Source: Phoronis australis
Lineage: Eukaryota > Animalia > Phoronida
Direction of reading: 5' to 3'
Assembly (NCBI GenBank): GCA_002633005.1
Contig: NMRA01000498.1
Span: 259,329-323,328 of the forward strand
Length of the DNA: 64,000 nt
Part shown: piece by piece, positions 47,513 to 60,762 of the stretch
Position numbering within the stretch: the first letter of the stretch is position 1
How the letters are laid out: each line of letters begins with the position of its first letter
The notes under the pieces: model-generated
What the model was told of the DNA's origin: nothing
Seen by the model: the letters and a program-made list of their open reading frames with translations, nothing else
Databases searched by the model: none
Program-made: the position numbers and the translations under genes

Positions 47513-48112
47513 ACGCTGATAAATCTTCTGCTATTTCTCACATTGGCGGCGATGACCACACATTGTCGGTCAAAAGAATCTCGTCGCATGCGATCAGTCG
47601 TACACAGCCCACCTTGCGAGGAGCTGAACTCAGACGACTTGCTGATGTACCAGCGAGAAAAATACTCTAAAATGTACAAGAACGAGAGAAATCACGTCTC
47701 CCACGAGCTCCTCAACGGCGAATCCAGCAGCAACGTGCGGTCCTTGGATGACACTTGGTACGAAGAAGAACAAAAAAAATTGACATGCTCTAACTACAGC
47801 GTGAGCACGAGCGGCAGTCCAATAAGGAAGCGCAGTGATTGCCCCTACAACTACCAGGTATATGAGGACAACAGGCGCTACCCTAAAGCTATTGTTCAAG
47901 CCATATGTGAGTGCAAATTTTGCATTAGTGCCAGGGGCTTCAACCTGACGGTGAACCGCTGTCGCCCCATACCGGTTCCCACGCGCGTGCTCTACAGAAC
48001 TGACAACGAATGCGAAAGGTGGCGCGGGCGCAGAGTGCAGAAATGGAAGCAGGTGATTTTGGAAGTCAGTGCCGGCTGTACATGTGCCAAAGTTGGACTG
48101 AACTTTATGTAA
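47513..48112 (+). CDS. IL17: Interleukin-17 family cytokine, main coding exon (full protein ~203 aa with the MDVK exon)
   Basis: Acceptor cttctgttgtag, hydrophobic signal core TLINLLLFLTLAAMTTHC, then IL-17 cystine-knot motifs RSDCPYNY..YED.RRYP..I.QA.C.C..C, C.P......VL.R and V.AGCTC. TAA stop. Confidence 0.92.
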   Translation, partial: TLINLLLFLTLAAMTTHCRSKESRRMRSVVHSPPCEELNSDDLLMYQREKYSKMYKNERNHVSHELLNGESSSNVRSLDDTWYEEEQKKLTCSNYSVSTSGSPIRKRSDCPYNYQVYEDNRRYPKAIVQAICECKFCISARGFNLTVNRCRPIPVPTRVLYRTDNECERWRGRRVQKWKQVILEVSAGCTCAKVGLNFM

Positions 48113-50487
48113 TTAACGTCATACGCATACATGTACATCACCACGAACTTTACCTCTGTGTATAACTGTTATGAAAGTAAGTTGAGCTAGTGATCTCCAA
48201 ATATAAATCACACAAGGCGAAGTTGGAGAGAAACGTCTATGACTTTTCATGCTCGTTCGATACAAAGTTCGTCCATTTTCGTTTGACGTTATTATGTACA
48301 TTACTACATATAGTCACTTACACATAAACATTATAACGTCGAACGGAAAATACAGAATTACATGGAACGACGCTTTGATGTTTCTAAACTTTAGTTTCTA
48401 GGCCATTAGTAAAAACCGTTTACATGGTCTCTTAGAATTCATTTCTCACATTGATTCATGGCATTTGGTAAATGATCTGAGTGTAGCAGTCACGTGGCTG
48501 CCTTTTTGTGCCTGCCGACTAAGTACTGTCACACCATAAATCCCATCGACTCGGCGACCACTGTTATAGAGGCGCGTGTAAGGTAGAGTTAGTGCGCTAA
48601 ATACTACAGTGCACCGGGTAAACCAAAGAATTAGAATCACACGAAAATTGACTCATTTGGAATAGCTTAGGTACGCCAGAGACGACTTTCGTCTTGCTTT
48701 CAATGATACAAAAGACGCCAAATCAAATAAAGCAGCCAGATATTCGGCCTCAGCTGTTGTTGGTTCACCCGACCTCAGTCAAATTGTTTCGAAATGCGTG
48801 TTATATCCCTTAAGATTTCTTGTCCCATCTTGTTGTTTGTCGGTGGTGTTTTCGCTGTTCAAAAACCATTTTGCTTCAGTCCTTATATTTCTAAGTAACA
48901 TTGTATGTTGTATATTCAATGATTGTGTAAAGCTTTGTCAGTTTGGTCTTTTTCGTTTAGTAAGTTTAAGTTAGCTGTGATTTTTTTGTTCAGTAAGCTG
49001 TATATATTTGTAGACTTGTGGGAGAGTTAGTTGAATTTTGCGAAGTTGAACTAAGAGAATTTAACAGAGTGTCTGAGATCTCGCGTAATATCTTGAGATC
49101 TCGCGAACTGCATGGAGTATTTGCCCTAATGAAATGTGATGTTTTGCACATGGCTACAATAGGTTCGTTTGGTGACTTAACAAAGCAATGAACCAACTTA
49201 TATCTGAATTACATTGCTGCTATGTTGCTGATTGGACACATGTATTGTAATCGTGTATAGAATAGATGGTAATTTTTAATTAACAAATATCAATGACACA
49301 AACAGAGCTCCTACTGAGTACAAAGGTAGCACGCATTTTAGAAACTGTCCAAAGTAAAGCTCTGTGAAGCATGGTGTTTTACACAATGATATTTAGGCCA
49401 AAAAGGGCAATGGGGACTGCTCCTTCTTCAGGACTTGATAGCCAAAAAGGGAGGTACATGCCGTTTTCAGGGCAACAGCGAACATTTATCCTTTGAATTG
49501 TAGTGGACCACTCTCGAGACATCCTAGAATCGCCAGTGGTTTTTAAAACATAGCACTGTATAAAATACATGATGAGTATGTTTTAAAAAGATAATTGCAA
49601 ACTTTGGTGGTGGTAACATAATTAATCATATTGCCAATTTTCACAAAGAACCTGCAAGGTATTTAGGATACAGCTGCAGCTGGAAAACTACTACTGGAAG
49701 GCACCACAGTAGTTGAAGCTGTCCACCAAAGTAGCTGGAGCCGTCAGGCACGCTCCTTTCAGTAGGAATACATCTGCCGATTTTCATGATTCTTTGAGTA
49801 GTTTTGGGGATAAAGAGTCCGACGTCAAAAAAAGACTCGAAATAAGTAAAAATGACCATTTTTGACGCAAAATGTCAAATTTCACAATTATCCTGCAAGG
49901 GATTTAGGAGATACAGCTGTGGCTGACCATGGGACTAAGCAGAAGCTGGACAAAGATGAAGGGAGTATGCAAAAAGCACATAACTATGCCGTACATAGAT
50001 TGCCTGTTATTGTTCTGCATATAGTAAATTACTTAAAATGTGCCATCTTAACAACTATCACCAGAGAAGTGTAGTCTGTAGGACAACTTAGGTTTGCTTG
50101 CGTGACAGCCATGCATGTACTACGAACGAACACAAGAGCAGTGTACCAGGAGAGCGACCTGTTACAACAAAGCCGTTGTTGTCAAGCTATTATATTGTAG
50201 TTGTGACTACTACGGGCCCTTATGAGGGACAGGCCTTCTTGTCAAGTTACTTGCTGTCATTCTTACCAAGAATTACGAGTCGGAAAAGACTGGAATCTAC
50301 ATACAGACTTCTATAATTTTCAACACTTCCCAAGCATTGCGATAGGTCTAGATTTCGAGTGCTTACCCATCACTTAGAAGAGAACCCCGTGGGATATGCA
50401 GCGTCAGCAAGATTAAAGACGCCCTCCTGAAAAGAATCACATTTCTGTGTATCCACGAAAACTACAACAGTGACCCGTGTGTATCAT

Positions 50488-51790
50488 CTTTTTTGATTTT
50501 CTATACATTTATTGGCAATGAATACACAAAAAAGACAAGAACACCACATACACGCAAACANAACAGTTTCAAAGTTACACCATCTTTTTGTACAAGTTCT
50601 GAATTCAAATCCTTACGAGCACTTTTCACTCTTACTATATTGTTTGATAAAGTTAAAAAATCTTTTTGATCCGAACTTTCCGGTATAAATAAACTGTTTA
50701 TCCAATAATAAAACCATGTTATTAATATTTTCCTTTTTATCAAAAAAGCCAAAAATGACATTGTTGCAGGAGAGAGTGCCGACACACTGTGGATTTGCTT
50801 TGTATAACATTTCATCGTTAATTTTTGTCCAAAATGAATTTACAGTTTCACATTCCCAAAATAAGTTTTTCAAAGTCTCTTTCGATTGTCCACAAAAAGA
50901 CCAAGAGTCGTCATCCATAACTTGAATTATTTTTAATGAATTAGTAGTCGAAATTCTCGTCAAGAGTCTGAACTGAAGACATCTAATTCATGGGTCTCTT
51001 GTTGTGTTATATAGAAGGGAATAAACATCTTCCCATGAAAAATTATTTGTATTTACGATAAGTTCTTTGGCCCATTTTGAATCCGCTTTTGAGACTTCGG
51101 AACTATAATTTAATTTAAATATGTTGACATCCTCTCCCACCACTTTTTAGTTTCATTAAAATAGTTGGCATAACAGGACAATACGCATCAAAATTAACAA
51201 CTCTATCAAAAGCACATTTCTGTTGGTACTTAGCTATCACTGAAATATTACTATTATACCCCATAAAGTTCGTTTTGATACCTAAAACATTCACAATAAA
51301 TCTATAGCTCAAAATATTACCGTCTGGGGAAAACAAGTCCTTTATAAAGACTATGTCTCCATGGCACAAGTTCCTGCAGAAAATAGTATTACGTTTTGCC
51401 CCGGCCTGAAAGTCACTGCTAAACCATAAAGGTTGGTTAAGAAAATCTATCTGATATTTGATCTTCAAACACCTTCCAAAGGAGATTACACATTCAAAAA
51501 AATATTTCCAAAAGTGATTGTCAATATTAGGCAAATTTATCTTAAGAAAGTCAACTCCATACTTGGCGAAATTTCTAATTTCAGGAAAAATCAAATGAAA
51601 TAAACGGGCCGTCTTAGACTGACCGTTTACATTTTGTTAACATGTTCATCTTTGAAGCCTGAAGAATGAAAATATGTTAATCGTTCTAATACCTCCTTCA
51701 TTATAATTACAAACAGCTCGGGAGCGCTTAATTTTGTCACTGCGACCTTGCCAAAGGAATTAAAAAAACATTGAGTTCAATTTTTCGAAG
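50488..51790 (-). mobile_element. 5'-truncated L1/Tx1-clade LINE, frameshifted ORF2 C-terminus
   Basis: Minus-strand fragments WQGRSDKIKRS...EGGIR, FWKY, NQPLWF, IKDL, and the zf-RVT-like SFC...ETL.NLFWEC..V.SFW and LL.KQFIY. AATAAA and A-rich 3' end at ~50490-50512. Confidence 0.85.
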
Positions 51791-51929
51791 GCTGTGGCAA
51801 GAATATCAGAAGATGTACAATTTTTGACACGCGACACAAACATACACGTACATACAGTTAAGTAACAGCAAACAACAGAGGCACTGTTAAAAGTAAACCT
51901 ATATAACTGGTGGTAAAAAAAACTAATTA

Positions 51930-54900
51930 CAGACTAAACAAGTATAAAAAGGACGGGAAAGAGTGCCCGGGAAGGAGAATCCCGAAAAAGGTTAGTGGTA
52001 AGGGCACGACTATGAAAATGTAGAGTGAGTGAATCAGGACACTAGCAATGCAGGCGCCCCAGGGTGAAAAATGGGGGTGAGTGAAAAGAACACTGACAAT
52101 ACAGTTGCCCACGAACGGGACACTGGCAATACAGTTGCCCCTTTGATGAAAGGGGGTTGGTGAGTGAGACGGGGCACTGGCAATACAGTTGCCCCGTTGT
52201 GGAGAAACGGGGTAAGGAGGGTAAGCACTGGCAATACAGCTGCTCCTTGGTGGTGAATGATTATGGAAATGAGGAGTGGGAACGTTAGTAGCGGGGAAGT
52301 TTAAGAAGGACTTCCAGCGGCCATACGCTGAATTTGAAGGGTCGCAGCGGAGGTGGCTGCGCCAATACGGAAACTATGAGATTTAGAGCGTTAAGGATCG
52401 AGACCGACGCACTCGAGTACCAAGTCAAGGAAACTAGTGAAGTAAGGGCGAGTTATGGGGGAACCATTGGGGGAACTGGAAGAGAGGTCCAGAGGAGTGT
52501 TTAAAGAGATTGTGTTAGTGCTGAAAGGTTGCAACAGGGCAATGGGAACCGATAGAACAAGGGATGACGAGAATGGTAGGAGTGTGGGCATGATGTTTGT
52601 AGTGGGAGATAGTGAGAGACATGGGCGTAGAGGTGATTGAGACGTCGGAGACCTGGAGGACAGAGATGGGGGGTGAGGCAGAGGTGGCGACAGTTAATTC
52701 ACTAACCGAAGGAAGGCGTGAAAGGCGGAGGAAAGCATGGCAGCGCAGAGTGATGCGTGGAAGTGAGAGTCGAGAGCAGAGTGTAATGCATTAAGAAGGC
52801 GTGAAGAATAGGTGTTATAATCGGGAGCCGGGGTGTCTAAAGATGGCCGCGAAGTGGACACGCCCTTCAGAATTTTCTTGACCAGTAAGGAGGACGTAGG
52901 ATCAGGCAAGGAGTCCAGTTTATGAATGAAACCTATGGCGGAGACATAGGTAGAGATGGTGGATGCAGTTAAGCCAGACAAGAAGAGATGTAAGAAGCTA
53001 AGGTCGATGTGGAGACAGGAAACACGGGCAAGGGGCATGCTGATGATGAATGATAAAGGAGGAAATGGGAAAAGATCATTGATGGGAACGCCAATTTCCT
53101 CACAAAAGGTGAGAAAATTGCGGAGACGTGAAGAAAATAAGGGGAAGTAGGGGGGCCGACAAAAAAGAAGTCGTCAAGCAAATGTGACACCCCTAGGACC
53201 TTGAATTTATTTTGAAGAATCCATTGTAAGGATGAGCTGATGAGTTCGAATATGTTGCATGAGAAAGAAAGACCAACGGTGGAAATAATATTGACCAGCC
53301 CAAACAAATCCAAGGAAACGGTAGTCAGCAGGGTGTATGGGAACAAGACGGATGGCGTCTTGCACGTCTGTTTGAACCATGAGAGAATTGTGGCCGGAGC
53401 GACGGACAAGAAACATGGCGTTTTCAATGGTTTGATAGTATACCTAAGAGAAGGATAAGGGAATATGTGAATTAACGGAATCAGAATCCTTCGATGGATA
53501 TGAAAGGTTATGGATAAGTCGAAATTTACCAGAGTGTTTTTCAGGCATGAGCCCGAGAGGGGAAGTGATGGAATTGTCGAATGGAGGGTACTGGTGGGGT
53601 CCGCAGCAGCGGCCACAGTCAACCTCGTGCTGAATTTTTTTGTTCGGTCACAGTAGAGTTGAGGACCGCTGACCGGTGGTTATGAGGAGGTGGGGAGGAA
53701 AATCTTGAGGAAATGCCGATATGAAAACCGTAAGTGAAACCGTGAATGATGCGAACGGTAAGGGTGGATGGGTGACCAGTGAGATATGGTTCAAGTTTGT
53801 TTATTTTTTTAGGGGTGTTGGAAGATCGGGTGGCGATGGATATGGTTCGTGTTGTAGGTTGAGTATGGAAGGAGACAGGGCACCAAGAGGCGGAGTGGAA
53901 GCCGTTGCAAGTGGTACAGCGGTTAAGGTAGCGACATTGCTGTTGGGGGGCAGAATCGCTGGCAGAAACCGCCGGGTTGGGTGACGGATGAACGTGGTTG
54001 GAGAAGTTGGGAACAAAAGGACTGAGGGCGTGGGTTGTTAGTACGGAAGGTATTCGGGTAGAGGTGACATTTTTTGAGATTGGAGGATAACCTGATTCCA
54101 CAGTTCCACATTGGTGGTTTCCCAAGGAACAGGAATAATTGAGAGAAGTTGACGAATTGACGAAACTGTTGATCATAGAACATGGCGGGGGCAAAACCGA
54201 AATGATGATTGATGGAGAGTATGATGTGACAAAACTTTGCGAGATGCGGTGGTTGATGTGGGTGACTGGTGGTGTAGATGGCTAAATAGATGAGGAACGC
54301 TTGGTTCCACTGGAACATGTTGGTGATGAAGCGAGATTTGGGGGCAGAGGGAAATCTGGTTAGTAGTTAACAATACAGAGCTGAAGCTGCGGAGATGAAA
54401 TCGGGTTAAGAAGGTTACTAAATTCGACATAACGTTCTGTCCATATGAGGTTTTTGGTTTTGGTGTCCAAGTTGAAGCCCAAAGCCAGAGAGGTATATAC
54501 GGAGGCTCCAAGGTTACCTGCGACGGGTGGCATATGATGTTCCAGTGATGGAGTTAGACGATGAAGACGTAGTCAAGGATGTAGAGGTGAGGACGGTTGG
54601 CGTAAGTGTAGTCTGGTGATGGTGAACAGTTGAAGCAGTCGCCGTGTTATTGATGGTTGGCTGTGTTGAGGCTTCTAAAGGCTGAGGTGGATCGTTGGCG
54701 AGTAAGTCCCGTAGTTGCGTGAGGAGGTCCGAAGTTTGAGATTAGGTGGACGACGGCGGGTGTACAGGTGGCTCTTGGCGATATGGTCAACTACTAAATC
54801 GGCCGAGAATTCGGTAGTGGCTGGGGTTAAATGGCGAACAGAACGAGAGCCAGGGGCCAGTGTGTTCCCGACAACTCTAAGGAGTTGACGGATTCAGAAG

Positions 54901-54960
54901 ACTCGTGGAAGCCCAGATTGCTCAGGCCCTTGTCACCACAGGCGAATTAAAATAGGCGTC
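51930..54960 (-). mobile_element. Degenerate DIRS/Ngaro-type tyrosine-recombinase retrotransposon (gag, RT, YR; RNase H apparently deleted)
   Basis: Gag: W.QAFLIY...YDQQFRQ and CxxC-x3-H-x4-C (CTTCNGFHSASWC). RT: GF.YGF.IG, NHRSA, D...A.RL.P..P.DY..LG, SCNIFE, HLLDDFF. YR: STISTYVSAI..IH, AF.AFLR, HSFRIGAAT, RWKS. Many frameshifts; boundaries approximate. Confidence 0.88.
52040..52245. repeat. Five copies of a 20-bp hairpin motif (cactggcaatacagttgccc) with 10-34 bp variable spacers
   Basis: Copies start at 52040, 52091, 52121, 52175 and 52226. Internal GGCAA-N5-TTGCC stem. Confidence 0.85.
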
Positions 54961-57584
54961 CAGCCAACGGACGTAAGAACTACCCAAAATCAAACAACTA
55001 GGTGGCATGTTTAGTCTACAACGAATCAGGAAGCAAGTTACGATATCTTACTGAGGTGAAGAGACGAAGAGTGTTGAAAATTCAAACAGAAATTGACCGA
55101 AAACTCGAAACTTAAAGAGAATTATGTACATGTACGATGGCCCAGTGTTGCGACAAGACAAAGAGATCACGTGGTACAATTAAACCAATAATCGTAGAAC
55201 AAAGAGGGTCACTGACCCGAGAATCCAAACAATATGATAATGAAGAGGTAGCAGTCTAGCTCACATAAAATAATTAATAATTAAATAATATATATTTACT
55301 GAAAGCAAAAGCACGTAGAATTAGATTGCTTACTGTTTACTGTTATTTCAAACCTTATTTAATGACCTTCGTTCTTATTGTTTTAAAAAACTAAGCTTTG
55401 TCAGCTAGTAAAAGTATGTATTTTCTGAAAGAAAATAGATCAGGAAATATTAAAATATGTTATTTATTTATGAATCATTGTTATTATTATTATTATTATT
55501 ATTACGGTAATACCTTTTTATCAAAATTTCATTTTTAAAAAAGGTATACGTAGCAAAATAACCCCTGGGTCGATTGTGAACGAAAACTTCACCAGTTACC
55601 TCAAATACAATGTTAGGAATTTTCGATTAGCCTATTCGTTTGGTTTCTATGACAAATCAACTGGCAAAACGTAAGGTATTTTTGTACAAAAATAGAAGAG
55701 GCATTCGTCTTTGTTATACTACGCAAAAACTGCGGCCTTTATATTGAAAATCCTAAAAGCGTTTTTGAGATTGATGAATAAATATGTTTTTGAGACAGAT
55801 GAACAAATATGAAGTGTGGAAAGTTCAAGCGAAATCCACCAAGCCGTTCTCGAGAACTTGTGTTCCTAAGTTCAAATAAAGTCGATTTGCCGAAGCCGAT
55901 AAGAAGCCGATTAAATTGGGACGAGTGAAATTCTTCGGTTAATTATTCGGTGAAAACTTGATTTCGGTAAATATAACCTATTTGTGCCTTAACCATGTTA
56001 GCTATATCAACATTTACTTGCAATTTCTACTGAATTTTCAGTGCGTAATTAACTTAATTATCACGATGTGGGATCAACTGTTACTGTTGTTTGACCTACT
56101 TAGAAGTAGGTCAAAGTTTGTTGTTATACACTTAGCCTGTACACGTCACGTGCTGGGAGAATGATACGAAACCAAGTAAGAAATGGAAAACAAAAATCGA
56201 GCCGGTGGTTAAATCATGTAGTTAGCATGAGATCGAAACAGCGAAATGTCAATTTACTCATTGAATTAAGGAATTTGTGTGAGGATTTATCTCTTTTTAC
56301 AACGTGGCTGTGTTCATGACGACATAGGCGAGAGGCGACTCGTAGCTTTCGTTCTCAACGGTCTTATGCATGTAGACGCACAACTCCCTCAGGATAAAAA
56401 CTACTTGTCTTTGTTTTCCTCGGCACCGCTCTATCCTAAGTACACCTCATTGATTCAATATTACGGCTACTCGAGGAATGAAAGGAGTGAGGGTACGATA
56501 CGAAGCTGCTCTGTACCTGGGGCGAGTTTCCATTCGAGTGACAGCCCTGCAACCTTTGACCTCGGATTAATAGTAAACAAATATCCACGCGGCTGTGCGG
56601 TTCCAAAGTGGTTCTGCTAATTTTTTTTCTCGCTACACGTATTGTATTTGAACTTCCCGAGAAAGAACATGAGGTATTTTGCTAGACACGTGTGAAATAT
56701 TGTACAAATTGCCAATTAATGTGAAAAAGGTTTGAGATAACCTTAATTGAGTCACGTAATCTTGTATTTTTATTGAAATTTAGGAAAACGGCACATTGAT
56801 AGCAAAACAATAGTACCAATAACAAGATACCATTTCGTATGATATAAATGAGTGTTCAAGATGAAATCTCAAAAACATTAATACAGTTTCTTAGAAATTT
56901 TTAATTTCGTTTTTGTTTTATCTAAGTTTCGAGTCTTCGTGAAAACCATAAGTTACATTTTTGGATAGCCCCTCATGCAAAACTGGAACGTTTTACAAAC
57001 GTTTCCAAACAACATTTTTAGAAACAAGGTGCTGTGGTCACCAAGCAAGTCTTTGAAAGGGCCCCACTAAAAAAGTTCCAAGAGTGTTTTGGACAAATTT
57101 ACTTTGGGAAATTGGACGTTGCTCTATTGGAAATCCACGGCACTCATTTTGCATTAGTAAGGAGACTAGCAGGCAGCCTGCAGAGGAGAGACTGGTTAAC
57201 AATATGCCTCCTCAGCTAACATAGATTAGGCCACACTTTTCACTCTTAAGCATTGTCATTTAAAGGTAGAACATCCAGTAACCAGCAGAATTACTTCCAC
57301 CTATTGGTTGGTCGTTACTGAGTCGACGAAGATCCATAGAGCTACTGCACATGTAAGCTGGCAAACTAGTCAAGTTCAATTACATGAAGTACACGGAAAT
57401 TATTACTTACTTGTTAAGGACCAACATGAGACAAACTCTATGGCAGAAAGAGACATAACTCTGACATGAAAAAACTGAAAAGAACGGGTGTTCTGTTACT
57501 AAAAAATCCCTGAACACAATCTTCACACCAAAGATTGATGTAGAGGCCAATAAAAAAAGTATTCACTGCAACATGAGAAAGCAG

Positions 57585-57986
57585 GGCCCGGTCTCCAATC
57601 TTTTTACTCGAAATGGAACTCGAAATTAGGTTTGGCATTTTCTACTCTACTTTTGGGCGAACTCAAGATAAGTGTCTATTATTCTATGCTCGAGTACACA
57701 ATAACTTACGTAGATAATTTATTGCCCTTAGATCACAGTTTGTAAACCCAATATTAAAGCAATAAGTTCGAGTTTGAACTCGAAATTTCGAGTTTTTACT
57801 CGAGTTTGTAACACGAATATAAGGGTCTTCAAGGGCAAACTTGAACTAGAAACTCCTATGCATAAACTATAATGTATTCAAGCACAGTCTGATAACCAAT
57901 TATCTTAGGTTCGCACAAAAGGAGCAGAGAAATTTGCCAAAAATAGTTTCGAGTTCGTTTCGAGTACAAAGATTAGAGACCGGGCC
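57585..57986. mobile_element. PIF/Harbinger-like MITE with long imperfect TIRs
   Basis: ggcccggtctccaatc ... gattagagaccgggcc, inverted arms extending >100 bp, 3-bp cag TSD at 57582-57584 and 57987-57989. Confidence 0.8.
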
Positions 57987-60444
57987 CAGGTCTGCGATAC
58001 TTATAGGCCACTTATACGCATGTCCTCTAATGGCACGGAAAGAATGACATTAAACTTCAAATCAGAAACTGTATAGGGTATTGTAGACCACACCTTCTCA
58101 ATTTCGCAGGAAGCTATGAGTGGAAAGACCTCAACATTGCGTGAGTAAAAAGTGAGACAACTTTCTCACAACCAGCGCACATTGCGTAACAGGACAGTCC
58201 ATCTATAAGATGACTTGCGGTTATGAAAAGCCTTAGAAAAATGTCAAAATTAGTTCAAAAGGTCATATCTCAACTAGTTAGGAAAAATGCATGAAACACG
58301 ATACTCAGCTGTTAAACCGCCAGCGACTCCCAAGAGACACGTGGGCACATCCGTTAACGACACATGGTCGATGAGATGAGAAAATGACACGAGGGTAGTA
58401 TTTTACCACATTTACTAAAAGTCACATTTGGTAACTTCCAAAAGCGCACGAGCGAGCTAGTACCGTTTGATCATTCAAACTATATATTCGCTAAACCAGA
58501 AACAGGGTCAGTCAAATGAATCCATTTGAACTTGAATATGAGACAATGTTTGAATAAAGACAACAACTTTTCTAAAATGTAACGACATGTCTTGGCGGTA
58601 AAACCTCCACCATTGTCAAGCTTTATTCTGAGAATGGATGCCAGGTTGGCTACATGTACAACACACAGATAATTCCAGAACACGCAAAAATACCAGAACA
58701 TGATTGGCTAGCAATCAACGAATCATAACTCAGTGTAACCAAATGTAAACGACTCATGGGAAACCTGTGCTACGTTTCTAGAAAATTTGTGGTCTTTATA
58801 CAAACTTTACTCATGTTCGTCGGTGCTAGATCTTTCAATATAAGACAATATTTTCAGTATTAATCACCGTAAAGTAAAGAAGACGACCGAAAAAACATTA
58901 ATCAAATAGTCAATGGGCCAAATCAACTTGACTCATTTCTGCACTATTGATGATTCGCGATTTATCATATGACATATCGTAAGAGTAAATATTTGAAAAA
59001 CGAAGCTTTGAAATCGGTCGGTGTTGCTGACATTTTAATTGCCCTTCCAAATCCCTGGTAACAGTTTCTCGCGTCTTACATGGTGTAGGCAGATGGAATT
59101 ATGCATAGTGACGGCACTCTGTGTGGCGACATAATAATTCTCCATTTTTAAATGGATGTAATGGCTATTAAATCGGTTGAATAATTCTTTTCGGGTCATC
59201 AGAGAAATGGCATTGGTGATGGTGCGAAATTAGCAACGACAGGAGAGACAAAATGGAGAGAGTCGGAAGTCCGGATGTGACAACGAAGGGAAAGATGAGG
59301 AACAAAGTAGGGGAGGGAAGTCCGAATATGGCACCGATCTGAGAGAGCCAAAGTAGACTTAGTTGACACTCCGAATTTTGTACTCAAAATGGAACTTGAA
59401 ATTTTTTTGGCATTTTCCTTTCTGCTTTTGTGTGTACTCAAGTTAGGTTTCTGTTATTTTTTTCTCGATGACAAATTGGTTTGCCTGGATGCCAAAGCTA
59501 AATTTGATCGTGCTCCCAAGATTGTAATTTTTTTGAAAATAAAAAATTAATAAAGTTAGTTACCATCTGATGTTATTATACCAAATGATATCGTTCGAAT
59601 TTGAGTAATTGCATTATATTAGTACAACGGGCAAAATAGATTACGATATATAATAAAAGCATAAAATCAGATTTTTATTTTATTTAATGTTGATTTTATT
59701 TGTACGAGTTAATTGAGGTACCTCGTTGTTTGATCCAAAACTTGACAAACTGCGATGTGCAAATTAGAACAGCCTTGTGAAATGTGGACGCGACGTGTGC
59801 TTAGACCACAATCAGAGTCAAATGCTATGCAACAATTAGAGTGCTGATAGTGAAATTCGCTTTGTCGTGTAATGTGTGGCTCATATTTTTGTTGGCCGTT
59901 GTGCCAAAACGACAGATCAGCGATCCATGTGTAGTATACCAATAAAATAAATACATTTAACTTAAGGTCCAATTATAAAGAAATCATTAACGAAAGACAC
60001 AACCACCGCAACAGCAGTAGTTACTGTAATAATGTAAGCAACTCAATATAGGGCCAACATACAAAAAATGTGAAGACGAGGATAAAAACAATGAAGACAA
60101 TGACGAAGTAGAAGTGACTTCATACTTACTAAGAGTCAGTGTAATTGCAAAGAATCGCCAATGAATCACACGACAAACTGACAAAGTTATAAACGCTCTA
60201 TCTTTGTACATGTTGTTGTAACTGACCATGACTATGCCAGAGTGGCACTGTCTTAGTTATTCAGGTTTCCCATTAAGGGATTGCATCGGAAAGGGATTGA
60301 ACGAACAGATATTTCCACCTTTGATGACTTCTGTCACATGGGGCTGGAAGAGGAAAAATGACTCGCAGCAGAGCTCAAGGGAGGCGTGTCTTTATACATG
60401 ATAAGGTGTTTCCTTAAAATGCACGAGTTCCGCCGTCTTCTACC

Positions 60445-60490
60445 TGTTGATTACGTATATATAGGAGCATGTCACCGACTGTGCCAGTAT
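60445..60490 (+). promoter_or_regulatory. Core promoter of IL-17 copy 2 (TATA box plus initiator)
   Basis: tatatata at 60456-60463 and ccagt ~30 nt downstream. Paralogous to 41480-41525. Confidence 0.65.
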
Positions 60491-60762
60491 TCACTTCGAG
60501 AGAACGCAAACCTACACGGTTTACTCTTAGTAAGAATAGTGTATTAACTACCAACTGAAGCATTCACTGTCTCCAACATTCTTGCTCTATCCACCTAAAC
60601 TTTCAACTTTGATTGCTGCTTCTCCACGGTGCACTTGAAGAATCTCAGAACAGTTTGCGAAGAGTAATTTTAAAACGCTGGTGAGCGGTAGTATATCTTA
60701 CTGGAAAAGCAAAGATCGATCGGGGTAGGTGCTACATGGTCCTCTGTCTTTCCACAGGCAAA

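Noticed and set aside
47513-48112. Trunk/PTTH, noggin or Spaetzle identity for the cystine-knot ORF
   Set aside because: The RSxCP(W/Y)xY...D.xR.P..I..A.C.C..C and GCTC spacing is the IL-17 pattern.
52040-52245. True CRISPR array
   Set aside because: Spacers are mutually similar, one is only 10 nt, the context is a eukaryotic retrotransposon, and no cas genes are present. Kept only as a hairpin-array finding.
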